Source: a virus. Taken from it: a stretch of DNA of 59,591 bases. Where the stretch lies: the IMG/VR virus record IMGVR_UViG_3300028823_000151, one strand, 5' to 3'. Position numbers and translations under genes: made by a program. Below are positions 7,510 through 16,197 of the stretch, one piece after another (position 1 is the stretch's first letter; each line of letters opens with the position of its first letter). Below the pieces are notes generated by a model that had not been told where the DNA came from, searched no databases, and saw only the letters and a list, made by a program, of their open reading frames with translations.

Positions 7510-9129
7510 TTAAAAATCTTCGATAAAGTCTGAAAAGTCTGGTTCAAAACTTTTTTCTACAGGTTCAAAGTAATTAAGTAATTCCTTCTTAACTGTAACC
7601 ACTCTAAGTTTTTTCCTTTTATCTTTTCCATTAGATTCTGTATTTACATCCTTATTCATTTCCGCTTTAAAGTCGTCTTTCAATAAACGATATACTTCTT
7701 GTTTATCAAAATTAAGCCCACGCTTTTTATCATTAACGTACACAACTAGATCCCTCATACGGAACCAATATTCTCCGCTAGAAGAATCAAAAAACACACG
7801 ACCATCTTCAATTTGTCTTCTGTTTTCAGCCGGGACTCTTCCAGTAATAAACTCGAATACACTAAGCTTCAATAATATTATTGGAGAAGTATCATCAGCT
7901 TCATCTATAGTTTTTACGTCAACTTCTTTTAGAGCTTGGTTAACCTTTTTAAACCATTCGTGTTGCTTTAACTTTGTAGGAATTTCATAAAGTTCCCTCA
8001 TACACAATTTAATGAAAGTGTCCTGTTTCAATAATTCATCCTCACTTTTAAAGACTAACCTTGTATATTTTTCTTGATCCTGTCTTCTAACTTCCCATTC
8101 ATAATAAGGTTGTTTAGATTTATATTGTGTTAGAACTCCACACTCTATAGTTGAAAAGTATCCGTCATCTTTTCCAACACCAAATTCCCTTTTACGACAT
8201 TCGTTCTTATTACAATAATCTGAACATGGAAAGTCATTACATTTATACTCGTAATCTCTTTTTCGTAAAGATGAAACAATTGTTTTTTCGACCTCCTTTT
8301 CTGATAATGGATATTTTAAATTTCCATTTGCCTCTAATAACTGTTGTTCAAAAAAGTCTTCATCCTTTTTCTTTAAATAAACACCTAACGAAAACAGAAA
8401 AATATTTCTACCTGAATTAAAATCCAACGGATCTAAAATTGTTATTGACTGCAAACAAGGTGGTGCGTCATTATAATCTAGATCATGTAGAAATTCTCTC
8501 ATATCCTTTACGGTTGTCATCTTTCCTTTTATATAACTAAGAGCTTCAGGTAAAGACAATTCTTGTCCTTCTTTTATTGCGACTTGTTTTGTCTCCTTAT
8601 GATTGTAGTAAGGTAAGTTAATTGCATTACCTATTTCTCCATCCCTTAGTTTAGTTTGCTTAGGAAAAATTTCAACAGTCCTATTTGTTTTGTTTTTAAC
8701 GTAAGTATCTATTGCTAATATAGAAGCCATACTTTTCATTATCTTTACAGCTTCTTTAGGACTCTGAGCTTGTTTGAAAAAAGAATACAAGTGCAATCCT
8801 CCACTTTTACTTTTGAAAGGAACCAATGGAAATTTATGTTTGTCTATAGCTTCAATAAAAGTTATCATGTCCTCATTATATATGTCAATATCTATAGCTG
8901 AGAAAAAACATTTACTGTCTTCAGATATGGGGATTATTCCCAGTCCTTCTTTACCTTCTAAATGTTTTTTATAATCTGTTATAGTTATTAACTTATCTTT
9001 TACAGTACGATACTCCCCTTGAAGCTTTCCATTTACCTCGTCTTTTCCGTACACTAATTTTAAATAATTGTTTTTAGAACCGGAAAATAATTTTTTAAAT
9101 TCCTCAACATCATGTGAATTTAGTGACAT
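7510..9129 (-). CDS. archaeo-eukaryotic primase (AEP/prim-pol) superfamily DNA primase with Cys-rich C-terminal region
   Basis: FFSAIDIDIY (DxD), SKSGGLHLYSFF (sGxGxH) and EIFPKQ. A later segment, CNDFPCSDYCNKNEC, looks like a zinc-binding region. Confidence 0.7.
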   Translation of the reverse strand: MSLNSHDVEEFKKLFSGSKNNYLKLVYGKDEVNGKLQGEYRTVKDKLITITDYKKHLEGKEGLGIIPISEDSKCFFSAIDIDIYNEDMITFIEAIDKHKFPLVPFKSKSGGLHLYSFFKQAQSPKEAVKIMKSMASILAIDTYVKNKTNRTVEIFPKQTKLRDGEIGNAINLPYYNHKETKQVAIKEGQELSLPEALSYIKGKMTTVKDMREFLHDLDYNDAPPCLQSITILDPLDFNSGRNIFLFSLGVYLKKKDEDFFEQQLLEANGNLKYPLSEKEVEKTIVSSLRKRDYEYKCNDFPCSDYCNKNECRKREFGVGKDDGYFSTIECGVLTQYKSKQPYYEWEVRRQDQEKYTRLVFKSEDELLKQDTFIKLCMRELYEIPTKLKQHEWFKKVNQALKEVDVKTIDEADDTSPIILLKLSVFEFITGRVPAENRRQIEDGRVFFDSSSGEYWFRMRDLVVYVNDKKRGLNFDKQEVYRLLKDDFKAEMNKDVNTESNGKDKRKKLRVVTVKKELLNYFEPVEKSFEPDFSDFIEDF

Positions 9130-9452
9130 ATTTCATCTTTATCCTTTACCTCATAAACCTTTTCTTTAACGTACAGTTTTTCATCTTCAAGATAAAACTG
9201 TTCGATACAAATACCCTCTTCATCCGGTGCAGGTTTTCCTGGTAGAACAAAAGGATATTCAAAAAGTTCCTGAGCCTCTATGAATACAGAATCATTAATC
9301 CTTATAGCTTTTAGTTTTCTTATTCTATTTCCCCTATTAACTAGAGCACGAATAGAAACTGAACTTCTATTTGTTAATTTTGAAAATTGTGTTACTAACC
9401 AATAATCAGTTCCATCTATGTTTATAGTTTTCTCATTATAAACCTGGATCAT
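9120..9452 (-). CDS. hypothetical protein, possible helix-turn-helix DNA binding
   Basis: The ORF overlaps both neighbours. YWLVTQFSKLTNRSSVSIRALVNRG looks excisionase/MerR-like. Confidence 0.4.
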   Translation of the reverse strand: MIQVYNEKTINIDGTDYWLVTQFSKLTNRSSVSIRALVNRGNRIRKLKAIRINDSVFIEAQELFEYPFVLPGKPAPDEEGICIEQFYLEDEKLYVKEKVYEVKDKDEICH

Positions 9453-9720
9453 CTTTTCCTCCTAGATTGATATTACTTTTAAATTTGACAATTTTGTTTC
9501 CACCCACAACAATCATCTCCTTACTTTTAGGGTGAATTATTTCTCTTTGTTTAGTTTCCTTTAATTCAAAGGTTCCGAATCCTCTAAAAGTCACTTTTCT
9601 ATTGTTCTCTAATTCTTTAATCACTATTTCAAATATCAAATTTATTGTATCAACTACCTTTTTTCTAGGAAGATTTAACTGCTTAGAAATATTTTCGGCT
9701 ATTTCTTTTTTCGTAGCCAT
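9436..9720 (-). CDS. HU/IHF-family (type II) DNA-binding protein
   Basis: MATKKEIAENISKQLNLPRKKVVDTINLIFEIV...FRGFGTFELKETKQREIIHPKS has the typical HU fold signature and beta-arm. GAGG SD present. Confidence 0.85.
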   Translation of the reverse strand: MATKKEIAENISKQLNLPRKKVVDTINLIFEIVIKELENNRKVTFRGFGTFELKETKQREIIHPKSKEMIVVGGNKIVKFKSNINLGGKDDPGL

Positions 9721-9728
9721 ACTTTACC

Positions 9729-10208
9729 TCATATCAATATGTTTTCCTCCATAAGTAAAGTATCCATTAACTCTCTTTTTGTAGTACATACACAAAAGTT
9801 TTTTGGACGTGGTAAATTTCTCTTAAATATTTCGTATACTAAATAAGGTAAGTGTCCTTCAGTTACATATACAGTATCTTTAGACAATAAGTAAACACAC
9901 AAAAGAGCTTTATCTAATTGTATAGAAACAACGTTACCTTCCAATAATGGAAAAGGCTTTTTGATATATGAATAAGATTCTCTTACAATTTCAATAAAGT
10001 TTGGAAGTTTCTTCCTTGAATAAATGTATATAACATTTCCAATATTTGAAGCTCGTATACCTTTAATTTTGCATTGCTCTGAAATATAATATGCCTGCCC
10101 AAAATATTCTGCACTGTAAGAAAATTTTGGATACCCGTCTGGAGCTTTATCTAATTTTGTGATTGCTACTATTTCATTTGTTCTTAATTCATTAGTTCCT
10201 TGTTTCAT
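9729..10208 (-). CDS. hypothetical protein
   Basis: The ATG at 10208 is preceded by AAGGAG at 7 nt (MKQGTNEL...). The track start at 10274 would overlap the upstream gene. Confidence 0.55.
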   Translation of the reverse strand: MKQGTNELRTNEIVAITKLDKAPDGYPKFSYSAEYFGQAYYISEQCKIKGIRASNIGNVIYIYSRKKLPNFIEIVRESYSYIKKPFPLLEGNVVSIQLDKALLCVYLLSKDTVYVTEGHLPYLVYEIFKRNLPRPKNFCVCTTKRELMDTLLMEENILI

Positions 10209-10218
10209 TATTTTCTCC

Positions 10219-10518
10219 TTAACTAAAATATTTTTTATTATAGTAAAGTAAAACATTGTACAGCCTATACACATAAAACAAAAACACTGTATTTATTAAA
10301 GGTATAACAGCGACAATAAAAGTTAACTTACAACTGCTAAGTAAGTTCTGACAATCCTCAATGTCCTTTGAATTACCTTGTCTGAACACTGGGATATTGT
10401 ACAACATAAACACAAGATCTTTATCCAAAATCTTTTTTCTTACAATAAATATAAGAATGATGCTTGCTAAATAAACTATAGCCAAACAATATGCGAATAC
10501 GAATTCAAATAGATTCAT
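10219..10518 (-). CDS. small membrane protein (2-3 TM)
   Basis: Hydrophobic segments FAYCLAIVYLASIILIFIV and FIVAVIPLINTVFLFYV. AAGGAGGG SD present. Confidence 0.5.
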   Translation of the reverse strand: MNLFEFVFAYCLAIVYLASIILIFIVRKKILDKDLVFMLYNIPVFRQGNSKDIEDCQNLLSSCKLTFIVAVIPLINTVFLFYVYRLYNVLLYYNKKYFS

Positions 10519-10527
10519 AAACCCTCC

Positions 10528-10818
10528 TTAATGTTTTCTATGTACTTCAACTTTACCAATTGAATTAGTTATAATTTCTTCTAGCAAAGAGTCCAATATA
10601 GAATTAACGGATAGATAAATGAATATACTAGACATAGCTCTAAACTTTTTGTCGTGTAACATCTTTGTACTTATTAACTCTATATTTCCAGTGTCGTTTG
10701 TTAGAGTATTCATCTTACTAATTTCACTAAAGAATTCAAGTATGTCTTCAAGGTCATACCCTAACCTTTCAAAGAAATCTTTTAACTCATCCATTTCCTG
10801 TTCTTCCAACTTATCCAT
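10528..10818 (-). CDS. acidic hypothetical protein
   Basis: AAGGAGG SD. The N-terminus is very acidic (MDKLEEQEMDELKDFFERLGYDLEDILEFF). Confidence 0.5.
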   Translation of the reverse strand: MDKLEEQEMDELKDFFERLGYDLEDILEFFSEISKMNTLTNDTGNIELISTKMLHDKKFRAMSSIFIYLSVNSILDSLLEEIITNSIGKVEVHRKH

Positions 10819-10999
10819 AAATCCTCCTTATAAAGTTCCGATTAATGTTACATAGTTTATTAAAGATTGGATCAGTCTGATAACATTGAACTGCTTCATC
10901 AATAGTTGTACCCCCTGTACACACCCTTTCAAGTTCTTCTCTAGGACCTTTGTACAGTAGGTACAAAAACAATAGATACTCTTTTTCTAAATCATTCAT
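10811..10999 (-). CDS. hypothetical protein
   Basis: Called from tight packing with its neighbours; the SD is weak. Confidence 0.4.
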   Translation of the reverse strand: MNDLEKEYLLFLYLLYKGPREELERVCTGGTTIDEAVQCYQTDPIFNKLCNINRNFIRRIYG

Positions 11000-11000
11000 A

Positions 11001-11708
11001 TCAACTTTCCGTGTTCAGTTCAATATTTTTATTTAAGTTAAACCTACTAAACAGATCCACTGGAAATAAAAAGTAAGAAAATTTACTTCTAGGATTCTGC
11101 TTAAACTTGTTTGAACTTTTTATTTTATCCATAAACAATTCAAAATCCATTATGTTTTGTATCACTTGACATCCAGCGGAATACCTACCTATCTTTGTAA
11201 CTTCCTTAATATCAGAAGCACGATGTATATTGATACCAAAATATCCACGCTGTACAATATCCTCATCGTCCCTTCTAAAATTATTATTTCCGTCTCTCCA
11301 TATTGTTACTGGTGCACCCCACTGTGCCAATGCTTCATAACCCCTATGTATTCCAACCATGTAGGCGTTACGGTGATAACCGTAACAAAGATGTGCAACA
11401 CCTTTTTTATCGCCAGCAGCTCCACCTACGAAAGTCCAATAAGCTCCAGGATCACATGTTCCATTAAAAAGAAAAACTAATTTATCAATGACGACACCTA
11501 TATAGTCATTAAATCCATCGGCCCTTTGTCCAGCTTCATTTCTTATACCAAATATATTTACCTCTTCCCATGGAGCTCCATTAGATAAATATAATTGTTT
11601 GATGTGTTTGTAAAAATATGTTTCACGATTTCCTATACTTCCATCCTTATTAAAGACAAAATTGTTTTTACTAGACAAACTCATAAGTCGATTCTTAACT
11701 TGTTTCAT
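11001..11708 (-). CDS. putative peptidoglycan-active enzyme with L,D-transpeptidase (YkuD/Tlde1)-like catalytic motif
   Basis: INIHRASDIKEVTKIGRYSAGCQV fits H-x14-S-x-G-C-[IV]-like YkuD spacing. AAGGAG SD present. The functional assignment is tentative. Confidence 0.4.
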   Translation of the reverse strand: MKQVKNRLMSLSSKNNFVFNKDGSIGNRETYFYKHIKQLYLSNGAPWEEVNIFGIRNEAGQRADGFNDYIGVVIDKLVFLFNGTCDPGAYWTFVGGAAGDKKGVAHLCYGYHRNAYMVGIHRGYEALAQWGAPVTIWRDGNNNFRRDDEDIVQRGYFGINIHRASDIKEVTKIGRYSAGCQVIQNIMDFELFMDKIKSSNKFKQNPRSKFSYFLFPVDLFSRFNLNKNIELNTES

Positions 11709-11952
11709 CTGAAATCTCCTTTAATAGTTGTTCACTATTTTCTTTCATGTACTTAGTTATTTTAATATAAGACTCCTCAACCTTTTTCTCTTCAAAGCCA
11801 CGAAATAAAACTCGTGCAGGGTAACAAGTGTTCTTATATTCATCAACAATTATTGCCCAACCAAATACATGTAGAATTTGATTTATAAACAGGAGCAATC
11901 CTGTTTCTCTAAATTCTTTCCAAGTTCTTTTTTCTTTCATCTTATTTTTCAT
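11695..11952 (-). CDS. hypothetical protein
   Basis: The ORF overlaps both flanking genes (14 nt and 4 nt). Confidence 0.5.
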   Translation of the reverse strand: MKNKMKEKRTWKEFRETGLLLFINQILHVFGWAIIVDEYKNTCYPARVLFRGFEEKKVEESYIKITKYMKENSEQLLKEISDETS

Positions 11953-12224
11953 AGTTCATATCCTCTTTGTTTAAATTCATCCCTTAACCAATCTAGAGAT
12001 TTTGATACAGGTCGTTTAGATATTTGTTCCAGCTCATAATCGAATGCCATTAAAGCTCCATCACTCATCATATTTGTATTTGCATTTAGATAAATAGATA
12101 AAGTTCTATAAGAAACGAACCCTTTATTTTCTAACATGTTAATACAATTACGAATATGATCCGTACTCATATCCTTAATGTACAGTATCCTTCCATCCTT
12201 TGTTTTCCAAGTTCTTTCTTCCAT
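11949..12224 (-). CDS. hypothetical phage protein
   Basis: The N-terminal pattern W.TKDGRILYIKDMSTDHIRNCI is common in small phage proteins. GGAG SD present. Confidence 0.55.
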   Translation of the reverse strand: MEERTWKTKDGRILYIKDMSTDHIRNCINMLENKGFVSYRTLSIYLNANTNMMSDGALMAFDYELEQISKRPVSKSLDWLRDEFKQRGYEL

Positions 12225-12228
12225 TAAT

Positions 12229-12507
12229 CTACTCCACTTTACTTATTTGAGTTGACCATCTTGCATCGTACTTTCTTAAATCAACCCAATTATCTTTTTC
12301 AATTAGAGCCTTAATTATTTTAGCATAAGCCTTTATTGCCTGTCTTAAATGTTTAAAGATTAATATCTTCTTAATTTCTAAAGCCATTCCATACTTTTCA
12401 TCTGTCCTATAATAAGTAAAACTTATGGAACGCTCCCTTACACTTATAGAAACATTCTTTTGTTCACGTATACTTAACAACGTTTCTTTTTCTGTTATTA
12501 AAATCAT
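12229..12507 (-). CDS. hypothetical protein
   Basis: AAGGAGGG SD and a 4-nt overlap with the next gene. Confidence 0.5.
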   Translation of the reverse strand: MILITEKETLLSIREQKNVSISVRERSISFTYYRTDEKYGMALEIKKILIFKHLRQAIKAYAKIIKALIEKDNWVDLRKYDARWSTQISKVE

Positions 12508-12695
12508 TTGGCCCTCCTTTTAAAAGGCTTTACTAAGACAGTTCCCCCGCAGGAGGGACACTTCCTTCTATAAAATAAAATAAAAGGAAGTGTTAATCCT
12601 CCAGTGAGGAGAGCAAACAGTATTGTTAGAAAGCCTATCTTTCTTTTAGCTTTGACTTCCTTTTTACATATTAAGCAATACTTTATCTGTGCCAT
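12504..12695 (-). CDS. small zinc-ribbon membrane protein
   Basis: CLIC...CPSC pairs flank a TM segment (FLTILFALLTGGLTLPFILF). Confidence 0.5.
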   Translation of the reverse strand: MAQIKYCLICKKEVKAKRKIGFLTILFALLTGGLTLPFILFYRRKCPSCGGTVLVKPFKRRAK

Positions 12696-12710
12696 TAAAT
12701 TATCCTTTAT

Positions 12711-14264
12711 CTATTTAGGTAAATTTACTTCATTCCTTGAGTCTGATGTGTCAAATAAATATCTGTATTCAACACCAACAGCAAAGGCAATATTCTTTTG
12801 TATGTACCTTTTGTTACCAGCAGCGTTTCGCTTAGGAAAATAATGTAAGTAACCACCTGAACCTGTTAATGATAAACATTTAAAAGGTGTTATCTTAATT
12901 CCACCTGAAATTGAAACGCATGGAATCTGTGCATCTAAATCACTATAAGTCTTTTTATTTGCACCTCCATAATAATAAGCTGTACCAGCTCCAAACTCTA
13001 GCCAGTCAAAAGGTTTTAACTTTAAACCAAATTGTCCGTCCCAGGCATCACTATAATTGTCATTATATCCCAGTATCTCACCACCTTCATCAGAATAAGA
13101 ATCAGCGAGCTTAACAAAATAATAATGACCTTGTATACCTACTGCAAGCCAACCAGTTGGACTCCATTCAATTCCAAGCCCAACCAGAGAAGGTAAATTG
13201 TAACTTCTACGTCTTCCATCCACAAACATACCTGCAAAACTTTTTCCATCCTTAACACTTTCTTTCCAAGACAGAACTGTTTGAGATTCGTAACGCAAAC
13301 CAATATTTAAACTTTCTACTGGCCTCCAGTGTAAACCTATAATTGCCCCTATTCCATGGGCTTCTTTACTTGCGTCTAATTCCACTAACTCAGTAGTAAT
13401 ATTTGCAGGGTTATTTACTTCATCTGCAATTTGATCAGCAACCATACATCCATCACTAACAGCAACTGGAGTTATTCGATACTTTGTCCACCCTGAATAC
13501 TCGTTCTTAGCGTATATGTATCTTATACTGAAAGAAGTAGCGAAAACTTTTTCAATAATTTGATAAGCTGTACCTATTGTCCCAGCTAAATACATACTGC
13601 TACCTTTAACTTCACCACCTAACCAATCAACTTTAGTGTTTGAAAAATCTAAATGCTGCTCAACATACTTCATTGAATTAAAGTCAATGGATGGATCATT
13701 CGGATTAAAAAAGTCAGATCCAATAATTGATCTTATTGTAGGCGCAAGCCAATATTCAGTAACAGACATGTGTGCTTTTTCAGCTAACCCTTTGTGTGCC
13801 TGTTCAAAAATAATATCCTGTGCTTGATCTGAGACCTTTGGACAATTTTCATCCAACATAGGAATACCATCTTTGTAATGTCTTGTACCACCACCAGCAG
13901 GAATTGTGAACGATGCAAACAATGACCAACGCCCTTTCTTAAAAACAAAGTAGGCATTTGGTATTGCTGGAACAGGTTCATTAGAACCGTAAGTCTTACC
14001 CTTGTATTCCATTCCACTGTAAGATACTGTGATACTTTGTACACTTACATCAAAGTGAATTCCATCTTTCATAAATGCTGTGCCTGCTGGATTAAAATTT
14101 GCTATGTCCGCCCCTTCTGTAGAACCTATCCTTATAGGATTCATTAAGTAGTTAGCAGACTGGTTGGGCAAATAATCAATATTTGCCATTGCACGTTTCG
14201 TATAAATAAGTTGAGTTAATGTTGCCATAACTAAAGACAACAAAATAAATCGTAATGTAACCAT
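12711..14264 (-). CDS. outer-membrane beta-barrel protein, FadL/TodX (OMPP1) family-like
   Basis: The ATG at 14264 has a GGGGGG SD. Signal peptide MVTLRFILLSLVMATLTQLIYTKRAMA is followed by NIDY. The N-terminal NFNPAGTAF matches the NPAG hatch motif of FadL. The rest shows long alternating beta-strand patterns with Gly/aromatic girdles and a terminal strand AFAVGVEYRY. Confidence 0.65.
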   Translation of the reverse strand: MVTLRFILLSLVMATLTQLIYTKRAMANIDYLPNQSANYLMNPIRIGSTEGADIANFNPAGTAFMKDGIHFDVSVQSITVSYSGMEYKGKTYGSNEPVPAIPNAYFVFKKGRWSLFASFTIPAGGGTRHYKDGIPMLDENCPKVSDQAQDIIFEQAHKGLAEKAHMSVTEYWLAPTIRSIIGSDFFNPNDPSIDFNSMKYVEQHLDFSNTKVDWLGGEVKGSSMYLAGTIGTAYQIIEKVFATSFSIRYIYAKNEYSGWTKYRITPVAVSDGCMVADQIADEVNNPANITTELVELDASKEAHGIGAIIGLHWRPVESLNIGLRYESQTVLSWKESVKDGKSFAGMFVDGRRRSYNLPSLVGLGIEWSPTGWLAVGIQGHYYFVKLADSYSDEGGEILGYNDNYSDAWDGQFGLKLKPFDWLEFGAGTAYYYGGANKKTYSDLDAQIPCVSISGGIKITPFKCLSLTGSGGYLHYFPKRNAAGNKRYIQKNIAFAVGVEYRYLFDTSDSRNEVNLPK

Positions 14265-14281
14265 TGGAACCCCCCAATTTG

Positions 14282-14464
14282 TTATTTTCTCCAAACACGA
14301 ATTCCAATTCCAAAAACGATCCATCTAAAATAAACATACTTAGAATCTTCTACTCCGATGTGTTTTGCAATTGAAATTGTTGGAACAATGAATACTTCTT
14401 TGCACAGCTCATCATCCGTATACAAATTCCAAAACACAATCTTACTTTTTAGAAAGTGTTTCAT
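14282..14464 (-). CDS. hypothetical small protein
   Basis: Called only from packing and its 4-nt overlap with the upstream ORF. Confidence 0.35.
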   Translation of the reverse strand: MKHFLKSKIVFWNLYTDDELCKEVFIVPTISIAKHIGVEDSKYVYFRWIVFGIGIRVWRK

Positions 14465-14658
14465 TTCCCCTCCTTTATTCTACCTAGATTTTTAACTTGA
14501 AAAAAGTATCCGACTAAACTCAAGCGAATACCTGTTTTAGATTTATACTTTAATTCCCACAGAAACATTTTCTTTGCATACAAAGAACCAACCCCCATTC
14601 CTACGAGAAATATAAAGCAACACATTGGAATAAATTCTTTTAATAATTCTACGGTCAT
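14461..14658 (-). CDS. small membrane protein
   Basis: GGAGGAG SD and TM segment MCCFIFLVGMGVGSLY. Confidence 0.45.
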   Translation of the reverse strand: MTVELLKEFIPMCCFIFLVGMGVGSLYAKKMFLWELKYKSKTGIRLSLVGYFFQVKNLGRIKEGK

Positions 14659-15032
14659 TCAGGCTCCTCCATTTCATAATGTTTACCGTACTGAACAATC
14701 ATCCTACTATTAAAATAATCCATATTACGTTCTAAGTTTCTTATTTCTAATTTTAATTTAGTGTACTGTTCAGTAACGTTTAGTAATAATACAAACGAAA
14801 CAATGTTAAGTAACAACATTGTAAAGACTATCATCATACAAAGAGACAGAAATCTTTCCTGTCTCTTTGTTACTTGTATTTCTTTTTGTTTCAAGGTGTT
14901 ATACATAAAATATTGTTTTGGTATACTATGACCACAAAACGAACACCACTTATATTTTTGTTTTCCACTTTTATCGTCCTTAACTATGTACATTCTATTC
15001 TGTTTACAGTTAGGACAGATTTCGTGTTTCAT
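14655..15032 (-). CDS. zinc-ribbon plus single-TM protein
   Basis: The ATG at 15032 has AGGAG 5 nt upstream. CPNC...CSFCGH, then TM LSLCMMIVFTMLLLNIVSFVLLL, then a coiled-coil tail. Confidence 0.5.
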   Translation of the reverse strand: MKHEICPNCKQNRMYIVKDDKSGKQKYKWCSFCGHSIPKQYFMYNTLKQKEIQVTKRQERFLSLCMMIVFTMLLLNIVSFVLLLNVTEQYTKLKLEIRNLERNMDYFNSRMIVQYGKHYEMEEPE

Positions 15033-15040
15033 AATAACTC

Positions 15041-15328
15041 CTACCAAGAATTTTCGTATCGTCTCATTATATCCACAGCAAACTTTATTTCTTCTATTTC
15101 AGATTCAACGTCATCAACTGAAGAAGGGCAACTTAAATTTGGTTTTATCTTGTTTAGTAAATCTTCATATTCCTCAGCTTTTTGTTCCATTATAATCGCT
15201 GCTTGCATAACAATATCTGAAGTTATATTGTCGGACATTAACTTTGGTTTTGGTGGAAGAGGACGTGGAGCCTTTGGTATATTGTTCAATCCACCTTTGT
15301 TACTTTTACCTTCTTTTAATGTAGTCAT
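15041..15328 (-). CDS. hypothetical protein
   Basis: AAGGAGG SD and a 4-nt overlap with the upstream gene. Confidence 0.5.
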   Translation of the reverse strand: MTTLKEGKSNKGGLNNIPKAPRPLPPKPKLMSDNITSDIVMQAAIIMEQKAEEYEDLLNKIKPNLSCPSSVDDVESEIEEIKFAVDIMRRYENSW

Positions 15329-15654
15329 ATTTGCCTCCTTTCAAAATCTGAAATTGTTGTTTCTTCACAGTTGTTACACAAAAAATTTAATCTTGCTAAT
15401 TCATATTCTTTGTTTGTAATTAACCAACCACAATTTTGGCATTGCCAAAATGAATTTCGTTCCTTCTTTTGTTCTTCAGACAATTCCATAAGAAATTCCA
15501 TTACTGTATCGTGATCAACTTTTGCAACTGCTTGTAAGTACTCGATCATAAACTCTGTACTTTTGTCGTGGAAGTCACACTCCTCTTTTGCCATTACTAA
15601 CTGAGCGTATTTCTCATCACTTATTTCCATACTATTCCTCCTTATACCGGCCAA
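15325..15654 (-). CDS. zinc-finger hypothetical protein
   Basis: AAGGAGG SD and the Cys pairs CQNCGW...CNNCE. Confidence 0.5.
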   Translation of the reverse strand: MAGIRRNSMEISDEKYAQLVMAKEECDFHDKSTEFMIEYLQAVAKVDHDTVMEFLMELSEEQKKERNSFWQCQNCGWLITNKEYELARLNFLCNNCEETTISDFERRQI

Positions 15655-16079
15655 ACGTAAGGTAAGTTTCGTTGAGTATCAGGCCACAAAGGTAAATAAA
15701 ATTCTTCATACTTAGCTATTAAGTTTGAACGATGAGCTTCAATAAAGTTATCATCTATCCAATATGGTTTAACAGGTTCATCATCGTTAACAAGTGTTAA
15801 TAAATATTTGTAATGTTTATAACATTTCTCATTTTTGTAACCTCGCTTAACCCATTCTAACATAATATCATATAAGTAAACTTTAATAAGGTATGATTCA
15901 TAACCCTTCCACATTTTAACAGCCGAGTGGTTTGCCCAACCGTTAGTTGTAAGTTTAGTCTCTGAAAGTAATAAACAACGAGCAATCTGTATAGCTTCAA
16001 CTCGTTGCTTACCTAACCGCCTATAATCAAGACATTCAGCAGTATTGGAAATATTGTGATCAGTGATAAATGTTTGCAT
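15642..16079 (-). CDS. putative pyrimidine-dimer DNA glycosylase-like (endonuclease V/Pyr_excise-like) protein
   Basis: MQTF...AECLDYRRLGKQRVEAIQIARCL...WANHSAVKMWKGYE...WVKRGYKN matches my recollection of a small family annotated this way. Not verified. Confidence 0.45.
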   Translation of the reverse strand: MQTFITDHNISNTAECLDYRRLGKQRVEAIQIARCLLLSETKLTTNGWANHSAVKMWKGYESYLIKVYLYDIMLEWVKRGYKNEKCYKHYKYLLTLVNDDEPVKPYWIDDNFIEAHRSNLIAKYEEFYLPLWPDTQRNLPYVWPV

Positions 16080-16089
16080 AAATCCTCCT

Positions 16090-16197
16090 TTATATTATTG
16101 TTAAATATATAGACAGTATCAATAATACTATCGCTGCAGAACAAATACAAGAAATAATTATGAATGCTAGAAAAAACTTTAACCTTTTTCTAATCAT
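16090..16197 (-). CDS. 35-aa single-TM peptide (below the ORF-track cutoff)
   Basis: My own translation gives MIRKRLKFFLAFIIISCICSAAIVLLILSIYLTII*. The ATG overlaps the upstream stop region and fills an otherwise empty 110-nt gap. Confidence 0.35.
   Translation of the reverse strand: MIRKRLKFFLAFIIISCICSAAIVLLILSIYLTII

Noticed and set aside
14874-15419. 181-aa plus-strand ORF (and 14986..15195) antisense to three minus-strand genes
   Set aside because: The product is low-complexity and Phe/Ser/Ile-rich. The opposite strand carries three tightly coupled ORFs with strong AAGGAGG sites and zinc-ribbon motifs. I treat it as a shadow ORF of AT-rich DNA.
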